The notes under the pieces: generated by a model | Seen by the model: the letters and a program-made list of their open reading frames with translations, nothing else | The model's database searches: none | Told to the model about the DNA's origin: nothing | DNA from: Torpedo marmorata | Lineage: Eukaryota | DNA: 64,000 bases | Assembly: GCA_977017645.1 (NCBI GenBank) | Contig: OZ360225.1 | Coordinates: 59,706,001-59,770,000, forward strand | Direction: 5' to 3' | Translations under genes and position numbers: made by a program | Shown: positions 1 through 12,688 of the stretch, one piece after another | How positions within the stretch are numbered: the first letter of the stretch is position 1 | How the letters are laid out: the number at the start of each line of letters is the position of its first letter

Positions 1-284
1 AAAAAGTGCATGCGTTTTGTTTTGTTTGTTGAGGGGAAATTTCCTGTTTGTATCCATATCTCTGAGCTTCAATTTATCCAGAATGTATATTGTATCCCTC
101 AGTAGATTTTATTAAAACTAGTATGAGCAACTTTTGTCTTAACCTGGTTAACAGGGTGTGAATAGCAGAGGTTAGTGGAAAGGAGAGAAATTATTTGCCA
201 TTGGAAATTTTGGGACAACTAGCATTCCAGGGAAGTAGAAGGACTGGTGACCTGGGGTTGGAAAGCCATTGGCAAAGCTCAAGT

Positions 285-611
285 TGTAGTGGGCCGAGCA
301 GCCTCGCGGTTAGACGAGCCGAATTGCCGCCCCAGTCGGTCAGCACAAGATGGCATGGGCCCCCCTTCCCTTCTCAGGAGAAGCCTGCATTTAGCGACGC
401 GCATTGCCTAGGGGACGTCACCGCGCTGGGCAGGCAGTGGCTCCACAGCGTACTGACGTCACTTCCTGGCACCGACGCGCCGGGCTTCTGGTAATGCGTC
501 GTCCCAAGACAAGCAGCACGAGCTATTCAAATAATAAAAGACTTACTGGTTCACCCTCCAACCGTGTGGACAAACTTTATTTCGATAGCGCTGCCGTTTG
601 CAGCCGCTACA
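285..611 (+). repeat. 5' LTR of Gypsy element 1
   Basis: TGTAG...CTACA; direct repeat of 4489-4815; AATAAA near 533. Confidence 0.95.
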
Positions 612-612
612 G

Positions 613-626
613 TGGTGATCCCGACG
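613..626 (+). promoter_or_regulatory. Primer-binding site, tRNA-Trp type
   Basis: TGGTGATCCCGACG just after the LTR; one mismatch to the tRNA-Trp PBS TGGTGACCCCGACG. Confidence 0.8.
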
Positions 627-664
627 GTTCCAACATTTTTGGAACCCACCTCGAGCGCGACAAA

Positions 665-1439
665 ATGCAGAATGCTGCTACCGCTCCAGTCGCAATGGCT
701 GTGACCAATGCTGTGGGCATACATTTGCCGCCCTTCTGGGCCAACCAGCCCAGGAACTGGTTACATCTGCCCGAGTCACAGTTCCATCTCAGAGGCATTG
801 TCTCGAAAGACAACAAGTTCTGGCACATCATCATCACCTTGGACACCGCCACCACAGCCAAAGTAAGCTCCTTCGTGGAAAATCCTCCAATGGAGCGTAA
901 GTACGAACAATTCCGGCGTCTCCTCCTCGACTCCCTGGAGCTCAGCCGGCACGTGCGCGCCGTCCACATCCTAAACATGCAAGGCCTGGGCGATAGAAAC
1001 CCCTCCGAGCTCATGCATGAAATAGTGGCTTTAGCAGACGAGCACACAAACTGTTTCCTGTTGGAGGCCCTGTTCCTCTCCAAGCTACCGGTGCACGTTT
1101 CCTTGGCAATATCGAGAATGGATTTCAGCGTCCTGCACCTGGTAGCCAAGGAAGCAGACAGACCTTTCCGCACCCCGCAGCAGAGCTCCATACACGCGCA
1201 ACCAATCTACGCGTCGGCGCCTCCGGTTCAACCACGTACCAGGGTTTGCCTCCCCGCCGGGTCCACCAGCAATAGCCGCGGCCCAACCGCAGCGCCACGA
1301 GCGCTCAGACAAGCGGAGCGATTACTGTTTCTACCACCGCAGATGGGGCCGTAACGCCCGGCGGTGCGTTCCCCCATGCTCGTACCCCAATGCCAAGTCG
1401 AGCGCGGCGATGGGAAATGAACAGGCCAGCCACCGATAG
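665..1439 (+). pseudogene. gag: Gypsy gag, frameshifted
   Basis: HLPPFWANQPRNW N-terminal motif; C-terminal YCFYHRRWGRNARRCVPPC Cys/His motif lies in a different frame (from ~1323). Confidence 0.85.
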
Positions 1440-4400
1440 TGACCTCGACGGTTGGCACACATAAGGGCCTACTTTATCTAAGGGACCAGCAGACAAGGAG
1501 AGATTTCCTAGTCGACACGGGTGCGGAGATAAGCCTCATCCCGCCGACGTACTTCAAGCTCAAGCACAACGCCAAGGGCCTCCCCCTACAGACAGCCAAC
1601 AATTCTTCCATCCCAAGTTTCGGCACCCGTCTAGTCAAAATCCATGCCGTCGAAACTATTTTCCACTGGGAGTGTACGATTGCGTCCGTTGGACAAGCTC
1701 TACTCGGAGCCGATTTCCTCTGGGCACATGAGCTTTTAGTAGAAATGAACAGGTGGCGTTTGGTCAACGCTACCACGTTCCAGTCGAACCCCCTCACACT
1801 ATGGCAATGTTCCTTTTTGCCATTGGGCATCCACGCTCTAGACAGCTATTAATATGCCCTTTTACTGGCCAGGTACCCGTCACTGTTGGTCCCCAATTTC
1901 CATGACGCTAAGCCAGCACATGGCATGGAGCACCACATCAAAACCACCGGACCACCAGTGTACGCACGGGCATGGCACTTCCCGCAGGACAAACTTCTCC
2001 TAGCCAAGACCGAGTTTGCCGCCATGGAAGAGTTGGGAATTGTCCACCGTTCAAACAGCCCCTGGCGTCCCCGCTTCACATGGTCCAGAAGAACTCCGGC
2101 GGTTGGCGCCTGTGTGGTGACTACAGACGACTCAATGACGTCACGGTCCCCGACAGATATCCCATCCCACACGTCCAAGACTTCGCCACAAGGCTCCAAG
2201 GTTGCCGAATTTTATCCAAGGTGGACTTCGTCAAGGGGTACCATCAGATTCCGGTGCATACCAACGACGTCCAGAAGACGGCCATCATTACACCTTTCGG
2301 CATATTTGAATTCCTCCGAATGCCTTTCGGATTAAAAAACGCAGCCCAGACGTTTCAGCGTCTCATGGACATGGTCGGTAGGGACCTCGAATTCATCTTC
2401 GTCTACCTGGATTATATCCTCATCGCCAGCCCCGACGCCAACACACACAGAACGCAACTGACCCGCCTATTCGACAGGTTGTAGGAGTTCAGACTTACAG
2501 TGAACCCGGCTAAATGCCAATTCGGCCGGGAGACAATAGATTTCCTGGGACAACGTATCACCTGTGAGGGGGCCACGCCCCTTCCGGATAAGGTAGAAGC
2601 CGTCCAGCGTTTCCCTAGACCGAACACTGTCAAAGGCCTACAGGAATTCCTAGGGATGGTGAACTTTTATCATCGTTTCCTCCCAGGAGCAGCCACCCTC
2701 ATGCAACCACTGTTTGACCTCATCAAACTCGGCGACAAGGCGCTCCAGTGGACACACGAGGCCGTTGAAGCATTTCAGGCAACCAAAGCGGCACTGGCGG
2801 AGTCCACGTTTCTGGCTCACCCTGACTCTTCCTCCCCCCTGGCCCTTACAACAGACGCATTGGACAGAGCGGTCGGGGCGGTGCTTGAGCAGTTGGTCGA
2901 TGAGCAGTGGCGCCCCCTGGCCTTCTACAGCAAACATCTCCGAATGCCAGAACTCAAATACAGTGCGTTCGACCGTGAGCTGTTGGTCCTGTACCTGGCA
3001 AATTTACATTTCCGGTACATGTTAGAGGGAAGGGTTTTCATCGCCTACACAGACCACAAGCCACTGACGCATGCACTCAGCAAGGTCTCAGACCCATGGT
3101 CCGCAAGACAACAACGACACATCTCCTACATTTCCGAGTATATTACGGACATTCGCCACATCGCAGGCAAGTCCAACGTGGTGGCCGACGCTCTGTCCAG
3201 ACCGGCCATTTCTGCCACCTCCGGAGGACTCGACGTTGCCCAACTAGCAAAGGACCAGGCGGGGGATGCGGACGTCCAGGCCTACCGGACTGCCATCACC
3301 AGCCTGAAGGTTAGCGATTTCTGTCCTTCGCCGGGGAACCTGACTTTGCTGTGCGACATATCCACAGGTTTCCCCAGACCCATCCTACCCGCGACCTGGT
3401 GACGGCGCGTGTTCGATCAAATTCACGGCTTATCGCACCCTTCGATAAAGTCCATGGTCCGCCTGCTGTCAGACAAGTTCCTGTGGCACGGCCTCCGCCG
3501 CGACGTAACCCTATGGGCTAAGACTTGTTTGGATTGCCAACGCGCCAAAGTACACAGGCACACCAAGGCCCCGCTCCTGAGCTTTGCCCCGATGCAACGC
3601 CGTTTCGACCACGTGCACGTGGACATCGTGGGTCCGCTCCCCGTGAGCCAAGGTATGCTGTATCTATTCACAATAGTCGACTGTTTTACCCGTTGGCCAG
3701 AAGCGGTGCCCCTGCCCACGTGTGACACAGAGACGTGCGCCAGAGCCTTTTTGTCCACTTGATCGCACGTTTCGGCGTCCCGACCCACATCACCTCAGAC
3801 CGAGGAGCCCAGTTCACATCCTCGCTCTGGTCCAACCTGACCAAGTTCTGCGGCAGCCAATTACACCACACCACGGCCTATCATCCTCAGGCAAACGGAC
3901 TTTTCGAACGTTTTCACCGCCATCTGAAAGCAGCCCTGAAAGTTCGACTACAAGGCCCGAACTGGATGAACGAACTCCCATGGGTGCTGTTGGGAATCCG
4001 CACAGCGCCGAAAGAAGACCTACCAGCATCGTCCGCCGAAATAGTTTACGGTTCCCCGCTCACCATCCCGGGGGACATTCACTTCAACCCTCCAGGCCCG
4101 CAACCCAGTGCTTTAGACGTCCTCCACCGCTTGAGGGAGCAGATGGGTAAGCCTAAACCTCTCGCCACCTTCCCGGCACGGTGCTCCGCCCTGCCACGTC
4201 CCTGCGGACCTACAGTCCACCGATTTTGTTTTCGTCCGCAGAGGACAGCAAGGAACACCCCTGCAATGCCCCTTCCAAGGCCCATTCAAGGTACTACATC
4301 GCGACGGCGTCATTTTCACCCTGGACATTGGCGGGCGGCAGGACATGTTTACCATTGACCGCCTCAAGGCAGCACATTTGGACTCAGGTCAGCCGGACCT
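1421..4400 (+). pseudogene. pol: Gypsy pol (protease, RT, RNase H, integrase) broken by stops and frameshifts
   Basis: FLVDTGAEIS protease; WRLCGDYRRLN, MPFGLKNA and VYLDYILI (mutated YLDD) RT; TDALDRAVGAVL and YTDHKPL RNase H; HGLSH..CLDC, VHVDIVGP, ITSDRGAQF, HPQANGLFERF integrase. Confidence 0.95.
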
Positions 4401-4477
4401 ACTGCCCCAAGTCAGACACAGAGGCTGCCCGCCTAAAGAATGTACGGGAACTGGCTCAAAGGGTGGCAGCGATTCTT

Positions 4478-4488
4478 GGGGGGGGTGG
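4478..4488 (+). promoter_or_regulatory. Polypurine tract
   Basis: GGGGGGGGTGG directly before the 3' LTR. Confidence 0.8.
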
Positions 4489-4815
4489 TGTAGCGGGCCG
4501 AGCGGGGGCGCGGTTAGACGAGCTGAATCGCTGCTCCAGTCGGTTGGCACAAGATGGCGCGGGCCCCCCTTCCCTTCTCAGGAGAAGCCCGCGTTTAGCA
4601 ACGCGCGTTGCCTAGGGGATGTCACCACGCTGGGCAGGCAGTGGCTCCACAGCGAGCTGACGTCACTTCCTGGCACCGACATGCCGGGCTTCCGGTAGTG
4701 CGTCGTCCCAAGGCAAGCAGCGCGAGCTATTCAAATAATAAAGGACTTACTGGTTCACCCTCCAACCATGTGAACATATTTTATTTCGATAGTGCTGCCG
4801 TTTGCAGCCGCTACA
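4489..4815 (+). repeat. 3' LTR of Gypsy element 1
   Basis: Direct repeat of 285-611, roughly 10% diverged by eye. Confidence 0.95.
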
Positions 4816-4999
4816 AAGTGACTTTTAATGGATAATCAAGCCTTTGTCTAAGAACATATGGGAGAATTGTGAGAAAGTGGTGGCATTGAGGATTGGAAGA
4901 TGAATCCGTTCCTCATTCCTGTGGTGTTTGGGAGGTGTCGTGAAGCTACTCCTGCGTAAGCTGGTTCTGAACTGGCTGATCAGTCATTTCCGCACCACA

Positions 5000-5450
5000 T
5001 GGGACCACATAGAGCAAAACCTCCAAGACTATTTAATCAGTACTTTCAATGTGCATCTGCAGAAGTTGTTCAGGGATGCAGGTGACATCCTAAATGTCCT
5101 CAGGCTACTGTGGAATTAGAGGTGCTGATATGTTTTCTTGGCCATTGCATCGATGTGGGTGGACAAAACAAGTCACTGGAGATGCTTACTCTGAGCCCCA
5201 TATATAAGTGGTGTTGTGGATGAGAGAGTGAAATCCACCTCTCTTTCGGAAGTCTATGACCAGGTCCTTAATCTTGCTGACATAAAGGGAGAGGTTGTTA
5301 TCTTGATGCCATGCCACTAGTCCCTCTATCTCCCTTCTCTACTCCAACTCATCATTGTTAGAGATCCTGCATTCAACTGTGGTGCCATTCAGGGTGGAGC
5401 GGTGTTTGGCCACACAGTCACAGGTGAACTGGGAGGGAGCTACCTGCTCT
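5000..5450 (-). mobile_element. Old, degenerate Rex1/Babar-like LINE fragment
   Basis: Weak nucleotide resemblance to the RT C-terminal region at 26280-26470; boundaries approximate. Confidence 0.4.
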
Positions 5451-8400
5451 GGTTACTTCCATTGTCTGTGTCCCCCTACCTACTAAGACAGGTAGCAACA
5501 GATGGCACAATTCTTCATCTTGGGACCCAACATTATGAAGACAATTGCTCAGAACTGGCATCAGATCTATTGTAGATGATGTGGTTCTTTGTATTTTAGT
5601 GGGTACAAGCTGCATTTGCCAATGCCCAGGTTGGTATTTCAGAATTAATTCTACTATTTTGTTAGATCTGGCATCCATCGAGGATCGGAAGCTCACCTCC
5701 CTGGAAAACGGTGTCTGCAGACTTTCGTGTTTTACTTCTATCATATTGTTTCCTACTCTTCCCAATGCCATGCTTTGGTCTCGCATAAAGATTTATTTAT
5801 GGCTATTTCTTGCACCATTAATGAAGCATCATACACCTCACTTAGACCCAGAACGTCAGGAAAACATATCAGTTTATTGTAGCAGCTGACTCTCAACTGA
5901 GGCTAAAGCATAGTGCATACAATGTTGCAATAGTTCATCCTTTGTCACAATTTAAGTTAGGATTGAACTAAACAAACTTAAAGTTAGAGTTTCAGATGCC
6001 AGCTAATATACACGAGACACAGACCAATACGTTTATAACACAAAATGAATGACTATTCTAAATAGTGACTTACTTTCTTTGGTATGACACTGAGAAAGCA
6101 CTCATAGCCATGGACCCAACCTTGATTAGTTGTCCGTTGTATTACATAACACATACAGAGGCTGCACTAGTGTTCATCCCACCATTATTTTAACTTGCTT
6201 GGTCAACAACAACAATTTACACTCACACAGCATCTTTGAATGAAGTGGCCTTGGTGATAGACAGGATGAAGGGCAGGAAGTTCATCTCAGGATGAAATGG
6301 TGCCTGAGGCTGAGAGCCATCAGATGCAACCTCAGACAGCCAGAGAGAGGGATGGAGTCAGTGGAGATGCAACAAAGGAGCGCCAAAGAACCTTTGCTCC
6401 TCCTAGCATCTAATCAAAGTGCATCTCTGCTCATCCAGAAACAGATGTTGGATAAGCAACAAAATAAATAGGGCAAGGGAGGATTCAAAACATGCAGAGG
6501 TTGGTGTTATTTCCATGGATGTGGAGGTATTTATTTGAATAGTAGCATGTTCTTCTCTTTCATTCTGACTCTTGCTTAATTAGCTTCCCCTTTAATGCAT
6601 CATGCTTTCTGTCTCAACCAATCCTCTAGTTGCACACAACCAAACTTTAGGTGAAGACATCTGGATTGAAAGTGATTATTTGATGCTTCTGATGTCACTT
6701 TTAGACCCCTCACAGGTTTCACCATGAAACCAACAAAGCCCAGCTTCAAAGTCAAACCACCTCTTCAATAAGAATATAATGGCCCAATAATTCAAGTATG
6801 AGTATCACATGGCCAGGAATTTTCTCCCAGCCTCATATATAAGTGGGAACCTTCACCTGAACCAATTGTCCTCAAGAAGGTGAAGATTTATCCATTGGTT
6901 CCTATGACAAGTTCCTTATGTGGCACTTTATCAGCAAAACCCCTTGCCTGCTGTTGACTTTTATTTCCCTTTTCAGTCTTGTCAAGCTTTCTCCTCTAAT
7001 ACATATATAATTGCAAATCTCATAAGAACGAGAATGGAATATGACTAACTTAAATATATTATTGAAAGAACAAGAAGCAATGCAAGCTCAGATAATACAA
7101 ATCTTACAGGCAGTCTTTTAGCTGAACATATTGATGTTAAGGTTCTTTTGATATGCACTGTTGTTTTGTTTTGGCTACACTTGTACTAAGTGGCCAATGG
7201 CTGTGAGTGGGTGTCCTAACCCTTGCTGAACCTCAGTCCCTCTGGCAGAGACAGCTGGAGACCCATTGATTTAGCAACTGCTTCATTATCTCACATTTCT
7301 GGATATATTGCTCCAGGTAGAAAAATTCCCAAACAAAAGTAGATGCTTTTTGCCGTGCTGCCTTGAAGTTTGTTTTGGCCTCTCTGTTACGGTCACAGTA
7401 TGGAGGGCACTGCTTTTCATAGATCGCCTGCAGTTGTGCACAATCTTCATTTAAAACAGTTAGGCATCACGTAGCTGTTGATAGCAGAGTGTGCATTAAA
7501 ATGTTCAACCCTTAGGCGCTTGCAGCTTGCATTGTTGGAGGGTGTGGGACAAACACAAGAGTCAGTAATCTTGGCTCTTCAGCGTACAACCACTACCACA
7601 ACCATTGCTCAGAACAGGGGATTAGAACTTCATTTGATAAAAAGTTCCTCATTGACAAAAAACTTCTCTTCCAATCCTTCCAATATTACAATAGTGAATC
7701 CATTTCCAAAACAGTTCACTTGCTATAAAGGCACAATAGAAATTCAAGTCCTTCTCTTGTTTGAGGTGAGCAGGAAAGATGAATTTTGCATTTTAAATGC
7801 AGGGGCTTTCCGAGTTAGAAACAACCTGACTTACAAAATTCAACTTTGCACAAGTTCTCCCAGACATTTATAGTATTTTTAAAGGTAGTAGTAATAATAA
7901 TAATAATAATGTTTTGTGATATTTGTTAATGATTAGATACAATATCTACTCTATTAATTTAATTATGGGTAATGTTAAGGTGATTATTCAATGAGATGAA
8001 AGAATTATAGCAAGTGTATGTAGAGCAATATAATCATGATAACAATAGAAAACAGTCATTTCTGATTTGGGGATAAATTGGCTTTCGGTCATTTCTCTGC
8101 AACAGAATTCTTATATACCCCGGCACTGCAAGGGTGAGTTCAGACATTTATGAGCACTTGGATGGTGCAACCTTGTTTTCTTTTGAATCATGGATCCATT
8201 TTGGAGTTAGCAGCTCTCTTAGTGTTCAGGTGGCTGCAGTTGCCTGCTGGGGAGCTGCTTGTGAGGTCAAGAGCCCTGCTCAGTTCTGCCCAGTTCTGCC
8301 TAGTTAGCTGGCGGGTAAGATCTGCTTTGTTGAGGATTGATCTCCCCATCTGCAATTGGAAAGTGGCAATTAGGAAGTCAGTGTGGAATTTAAAAGAAGG

Positions 8401-9464
8401 AAGGAAAGATTTGGATTCATACTGTATATCCTGCTTGATGGCGCGAATTCAGGATTCAAGATTCAAGATTCCTTTGTTGTCATGTAATAGTACAGAACAT
8501 GTAAAATTACATAGAATTGCCTTCTGCCTGCCGTAAGACAGACAAAGAGTTGACATTAGTGTTGCCCGGCGCCCCTTACAGTACGAGAGAAAGAGAAGCT
8601 TTGGAAGAGCACTGTGTCTCTGCACTCCACTCTCCAGGGTCTGCAACAGTGGCAGTACTGCCGTTACAGCGGCTCTGGCAGCAACGCCATTTTTTAAATC
8701 CTGGACAAAGCCTCAGTAACAATTAATGGAGACTCAAGAGACGACCAATGCTGGAATCAGGAGCATAAAAAAACCTGCTGGAGAAACTCGATGGAGCAGA
8801 CAGCATCTATGGAGGCAAAGGAACGATTGATGTTTCAGGTTGAGACCTTGCATCAGGACTGAGAGTGTAAAGGGGAGAGGTAATCAGTATAAAGAGGTGA
8901 GGGGGAGGGGTGAGCAATAGATGGATCCAGGTGAGGATTGGCAGATGGGGTCAGGTGCGGTAGCAAAGGGTAGAGATAGTGACAGAAGCTGGGATGTGAT
9001 GAGTGGAGACAACAAAATCTTTCAGATCATGAAAGCGGATAATAAAGGAAGGTGATGAGTGGAACCAGATAAGGGAGAGATGGAGTATTGGTGGGCAGAT
9101 GGGAACTATCAGGTGAGGGAATAAGGGGCCACGTGTGGATGGAAGACACATGCAACGAAGTGAGGGAGGGGAAAGAAAATGGGTAACATGGAGCTGGGAG
9201 GGTTTTTGGTAGGATGGTTGTGAGAAGACATGGGTGGATATGAAGGGGGGAGAAAAGAACCAAAGGGTTGCAGGTTGCTTGAAATTGGAGAATTCACTGT
9301 TCACGCTGTTTATGGGGTTTTAGACTATCCAATAGGAGTATGAGGTGCTTTTCTTATAGTTTGTGTTTGGCCTCACGCTGTTGGTGGAGGAGGCTGAGGA
9401 CAGAGAATGGGGATGGAAGTTAAAATGGCTTACAAGCGTGAGCTCAAGATGGCCATATTGGTCA

Positions 9465-9690
9465 GAACGATTTTACAGTGCCAGTGACATGGGTTTGAAT
9501 CCGGCGCTGTCTGTAAGTTTGCATGTTCTCCCTGTGGGTTTCCTCTGGGTGCTCTGGTTTCCTCCCAACCTTCAACACGTACAGAGGTTGTAGGTTCATT
9601 GGGGTATTTGGGCGGCACAGGCCCTTGAGCCGGAAGGAGCTGTTACTGTGCTGAATGTCTAAATTTAAAAACAAATTTAAAATTTAATAG
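9465..9690 (+). mobile_element. V-SINE-type SINE
   Basis: GTTTGAATCC B-box-like motif plus core GTTTGCATGTTCTCCCTGTGGGTTTCCTCTGGGTGCTCTGGTTTCCTCCCA shared with 24728 and 35635 copies. Confidence 0.75.
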
Positions 9691-9810
9691 AACACAGGTG
9701 CTTGGCAAAGAGGTCACCCAGTTTCTGCTTGGTCTCGCCAATGTAGAGAAGGACACATCAAGAACACAGAATGCAATAGGTAAGTTTGGAGGAGGTGCAT
9801 GTAAGTCTCT

Positions 9811-10122
9811 TACTCCTTTTACACAGAGGATTCAAGCCGGGTATTATCCGCCTTTCGAACGCTTCGCCTACCTGTGTGAACGCGTCGAAGGCGGATTGGG
9901 GGGTCTGAACTTACCTGGCTTTTATCCGCCAAGGTAGGTAGTGTCAGAGGCGAAGCGGGGCTGTACTACACGTCCCGCCTCTTTTGCTTCGGGAAGCTGG
10001 CTTGCTGTGTAAAAGGACCCACTGACCCGGCTTTTCTTCTGTTCTGTGTGAACAGGCAAGCCGGCTTCCAGAGACAGGTCGTGTATACGGCAATAATGCG
10101 GCTTTTTAGTGTATAAAGGGTA
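9811..10122. mobile_element. Putative MITE (non-autonomous DNA transposon)
   Basis: CpG-rich ~310-bp block with imperfect terminal inverted repeats (TACTCCTTTTACACA / AGTGTATAAAGGGTA) that interrupts the PLE fragment. Confidence 0.45.
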
Positions 10123-10329
10123 TACATCTCACTTGGAAGGGCTGCTTAGGCCAATGTTAGAAAGTGTATGGTCATGCACTTTGGTAGAAGGAATAAAAGG
10201 GCAGTCTATGATTTGGATGGGGAGAAAATTAAAAATTCAGAGGTGTGAAGGGACTTGGGAGTCACTGTGCAGGACAAGAAGGCACAACTTCAGGTTGAAG
10301 GGTACCCATTTAAAACAGAGATGAGAAGG

Positions 10330-11258
10330 ACGCACCCCAAGGATGCGTGCTTAGTCCACTGCTCTACTCATTATACACCCATGACTGTGTGGCCAGGCAC
10401 AATTCCAATGCCATCTACAAGTTTGCCGATGACACCACAGTTGTCGGCAGAATCACAAACGCCAATGAGAAAGCGTACAGGAGGGAGATTGATCGGCTCG
10501 TTGAATGGTGTAACGACAACAACCTTGCGCTCAACGTCAGCAAAACCAAGGAGATGATTGTGGACTTCAGGAGGAAATCAGGGGAACACGACCCAGTCTT
10601 CATCAAGGGCTCAGTAGTGGAGAGGGTCAAAAACTTCAAATTCCTGGGTGTCAACATCTCCGAGGATCTGTCCTGGAGCATCCACGTTGATGCAATGACA
10701 AAGAAGGCTCGTCAGCGGCTATACTTTGTGAGGTGTCTGAGGAGATTCGGTATGTCACTGAAGACTCTCGTAAACTTCTACAGGTGTACCGTGGAGAGCA
10801 TTCAGGCTGGTTGCATCACTGCCTGGTTATGGAGGCGCCAACTCCCAGGACAAGAATAAACTCCAGAGGGTTGTTAACTCAGCCTGTGATATCACAGGCA
10901 CCAAACTTCACTCCATCGAGGACATCTACACAAGACGGTGTCTTAAAAAAGCAGCCTCTATCCTCAAAGACCCCCACCACCCAGGCCATGCCCTCTTCAC
11001 TCTGCTACCATCGGGAAAAAGGTACAGGAGCCTAAAGTCGAGCACTCAACGGCACAAGGACAGCTTCTTCCCCGCTGCCATCAGATTCCTGAATTATCAA
11101 TGAACCAATGACACTGCCTTACTTTTCGTGCACTATTATTTATATTTTTTTATATATATAATGTCGTAAGATGGTTATAATATGAATGTTTGCACTATGA
11201 TGCTGCCGCAAAACACCGAATTTCATGACTTGTTCATGACAATAAATTCTGATTCTAA
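10330..11258 (+). mobile_element. 5'-truncated Rex1/Babar-like LINE (RT C-terminal half and 3' UTR)
   Basis: QGCVLSPLLYSLYTHDC...KFADDTTVVG RT motifs; KARQRLYF; ends AATAAATTCTGATTCT. Confidence 0.85.
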
Positions 11259-11264
11259 TTTCTT

Positions 11265-11560
11265 TAGTCAGAGAGTGGTGAATCTGGGATGGTTGCAAGG
11301 GGTGAGGGGGGTGGGGGGGATGCACCTGGAGACAAGAATGGCTGGGATAGGATAAGTGAACCATGGGTAGCTGTGAAAGCCAGGGTGTTGGGTGTATTTA
11401 AGGCAGGCATTGATAGCTATCTGAATAGTCAGGGCATCAAAGGTTATGGGGAGAAAGCAGGGGAGTGGGGTTGAGTGGGAGAATCGATCAGCTTATGATG
11501 GAGTGGCAGAGCAAACTCGATGGGCCAAATTGCCTACTTCTGCTCCTATATCTTATGGCC
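11265..11560 (+). mobile_element. CR1 LINE 3' end fragment
   Basis: Similar to the CR1 3' end at 49550-49770. Confidence 0.7.
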
Positions 11561-11721
11561 TTTTGGTTCCTGAGAGGAGGTGTAGGGACAGGTTGCAAGG
11601 GGTGAGGGGGGGGGGGAGGTGGGGGGTGTACGTTGAGACAGGAATGGCTGGGATAGGATAAGTGAACCAGGAAGTCACGGAGAGAACATTCCCTATGGAA
11701 GACAGAACGGAGTGGAGAGGG

Positions 11722-12345
11722 TGTAGCGACTTCGTCCAATAAAAATAGTCGCTTGGAGGCTAAGTTAGATGTTTGTCTGCGACGCGTTTTCATTCATTTA
11801 CCAACAAAGTCCAAAATGTTCAAAAAACCTTTATTTACATTAGACTTGCAGTAATCTTCAGACTTTAATATAAACATTTCTTGAAATGATGTAAAATAAT
11901 GTAAAAGGATCTAAAACAATGTAAAAAGGTTATAAAAAGTGTTCCAAAAGTATTAAACGGTCGACAGAGATTGTCGACATCTAACTCACCCTCCTCAAGT
12001 TTTCAACTGCAAACTCGCGCGGGGGAACCTCTTTAAAAGAAGATCCCACCCGTGCATGCTCCGTGGCTACACGCGCTGGCCCCGGCTCCAACCGCTCGCC
12101 GCCGGGGCCGAGACAACCGCGCACGCAACCACCCAGTTCATCAGTGCGCATGCGCACTGATGGATACGCCGGCCCCGGCCGAAGCCGCCGCCGCTGGCTA
12201 ACCACGCATGCGCCGCCACGCTCCAGCTCTGCAAGCGGCGGTGGCACTCGCGCGTGCAGCCTTTGGAAGAGGCCCACGGACCCCGGGACACCGCCGGCGC
12301 CCGCGGCCAAAACAACAGGCAAGTAATGAGCCTATGGCTTTTACA
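11722..12345 (-). repeat. 3' LTR of BEL/Pao element
   Basis: TGTA...TACA ends; CpG-rich half; direct repeat of 16743-17366. Confidence 0.95.
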
Positions 12346-12560
12346 CCGGCCCCTAATTATTATAATGAGATGTAACGTCTCTAATAATAATTACATAACT
12401 ATAACATTATAATAACAATAACCATATAACATTCGAACAAATATACAAATCCTTTCTCCTTTCTTCACAAGACCAGAGTTTACCATAACTCTGGATGAAC
12501 AAAACTCTGTAACCTGAAATATACAACAACAAATAAAGTCAGTTTACATTTATCAAAGTT

Positions 12561-12646
12561 CCTCCTTTGTCTTGAAAAGTCTCAATAATTTTTCCAAGTA
12601 ACCAGGAGTTTCTTGAAGTCGAATTATCCATAATAATCACAATGCC
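12561..12646 (-). pseudogene. Remnant of the BEL/Pao integrase C-terminal tail (DUF5641-like)
   Basis: Minus strand translates to GIVIIMDNSTSRNSWLLGKIIETFQDKGG, like the conserved BEL tail GDIVLIVD..PRNSW.LGRI.E.FPDK.G. Confidence 0.7.
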
Positions 12647-12688
12647 TCTCCAAAGTTCTTTTATCTCTATAATCTTCGAGTTAAAACG

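Larger units (their letters stand above)
285..4815 (+). mobile_element. Full-length Gypsy/Ty3 LTR retrotransposon, decayed
   Basis: Two 327-bp TG...CA LTRs (285-611, 4489-4815); 4-bp TSD AAGT (281-284, 4816-4819); PBS and PPT present; internal order gag-PR-RT-RH-IN. Confidence 0.97.
8730..10160 (-). mobile_element. Degenerate Penelope-like 3' fragment, interrupted by a SINE and a putative MITE
   Basis: Reverse complement resembles the PLE tail and GIY-YIG region at 29340-29960; hammerhead-like core at ~8830-8858. Confidence 0.6.

Noticed and set aside
6830-6885. Possible short exon (LIYKWEPSPEPIVLKK)
   Set aside because: Only generic AG/GT boundaries; no homology recognised
7478-7873. 131-aa ORF with splice-like sites at ~7582 and ~7765
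   Set aside because: No recognisable domain, non-ATG start, no supporting neighbouring exons
11981-12326. Short GC-rich ORFs in the BEL LTRs
   Set aside because: Expected by chance in GC-rich DNA; stop positions differ between the two LTR copies
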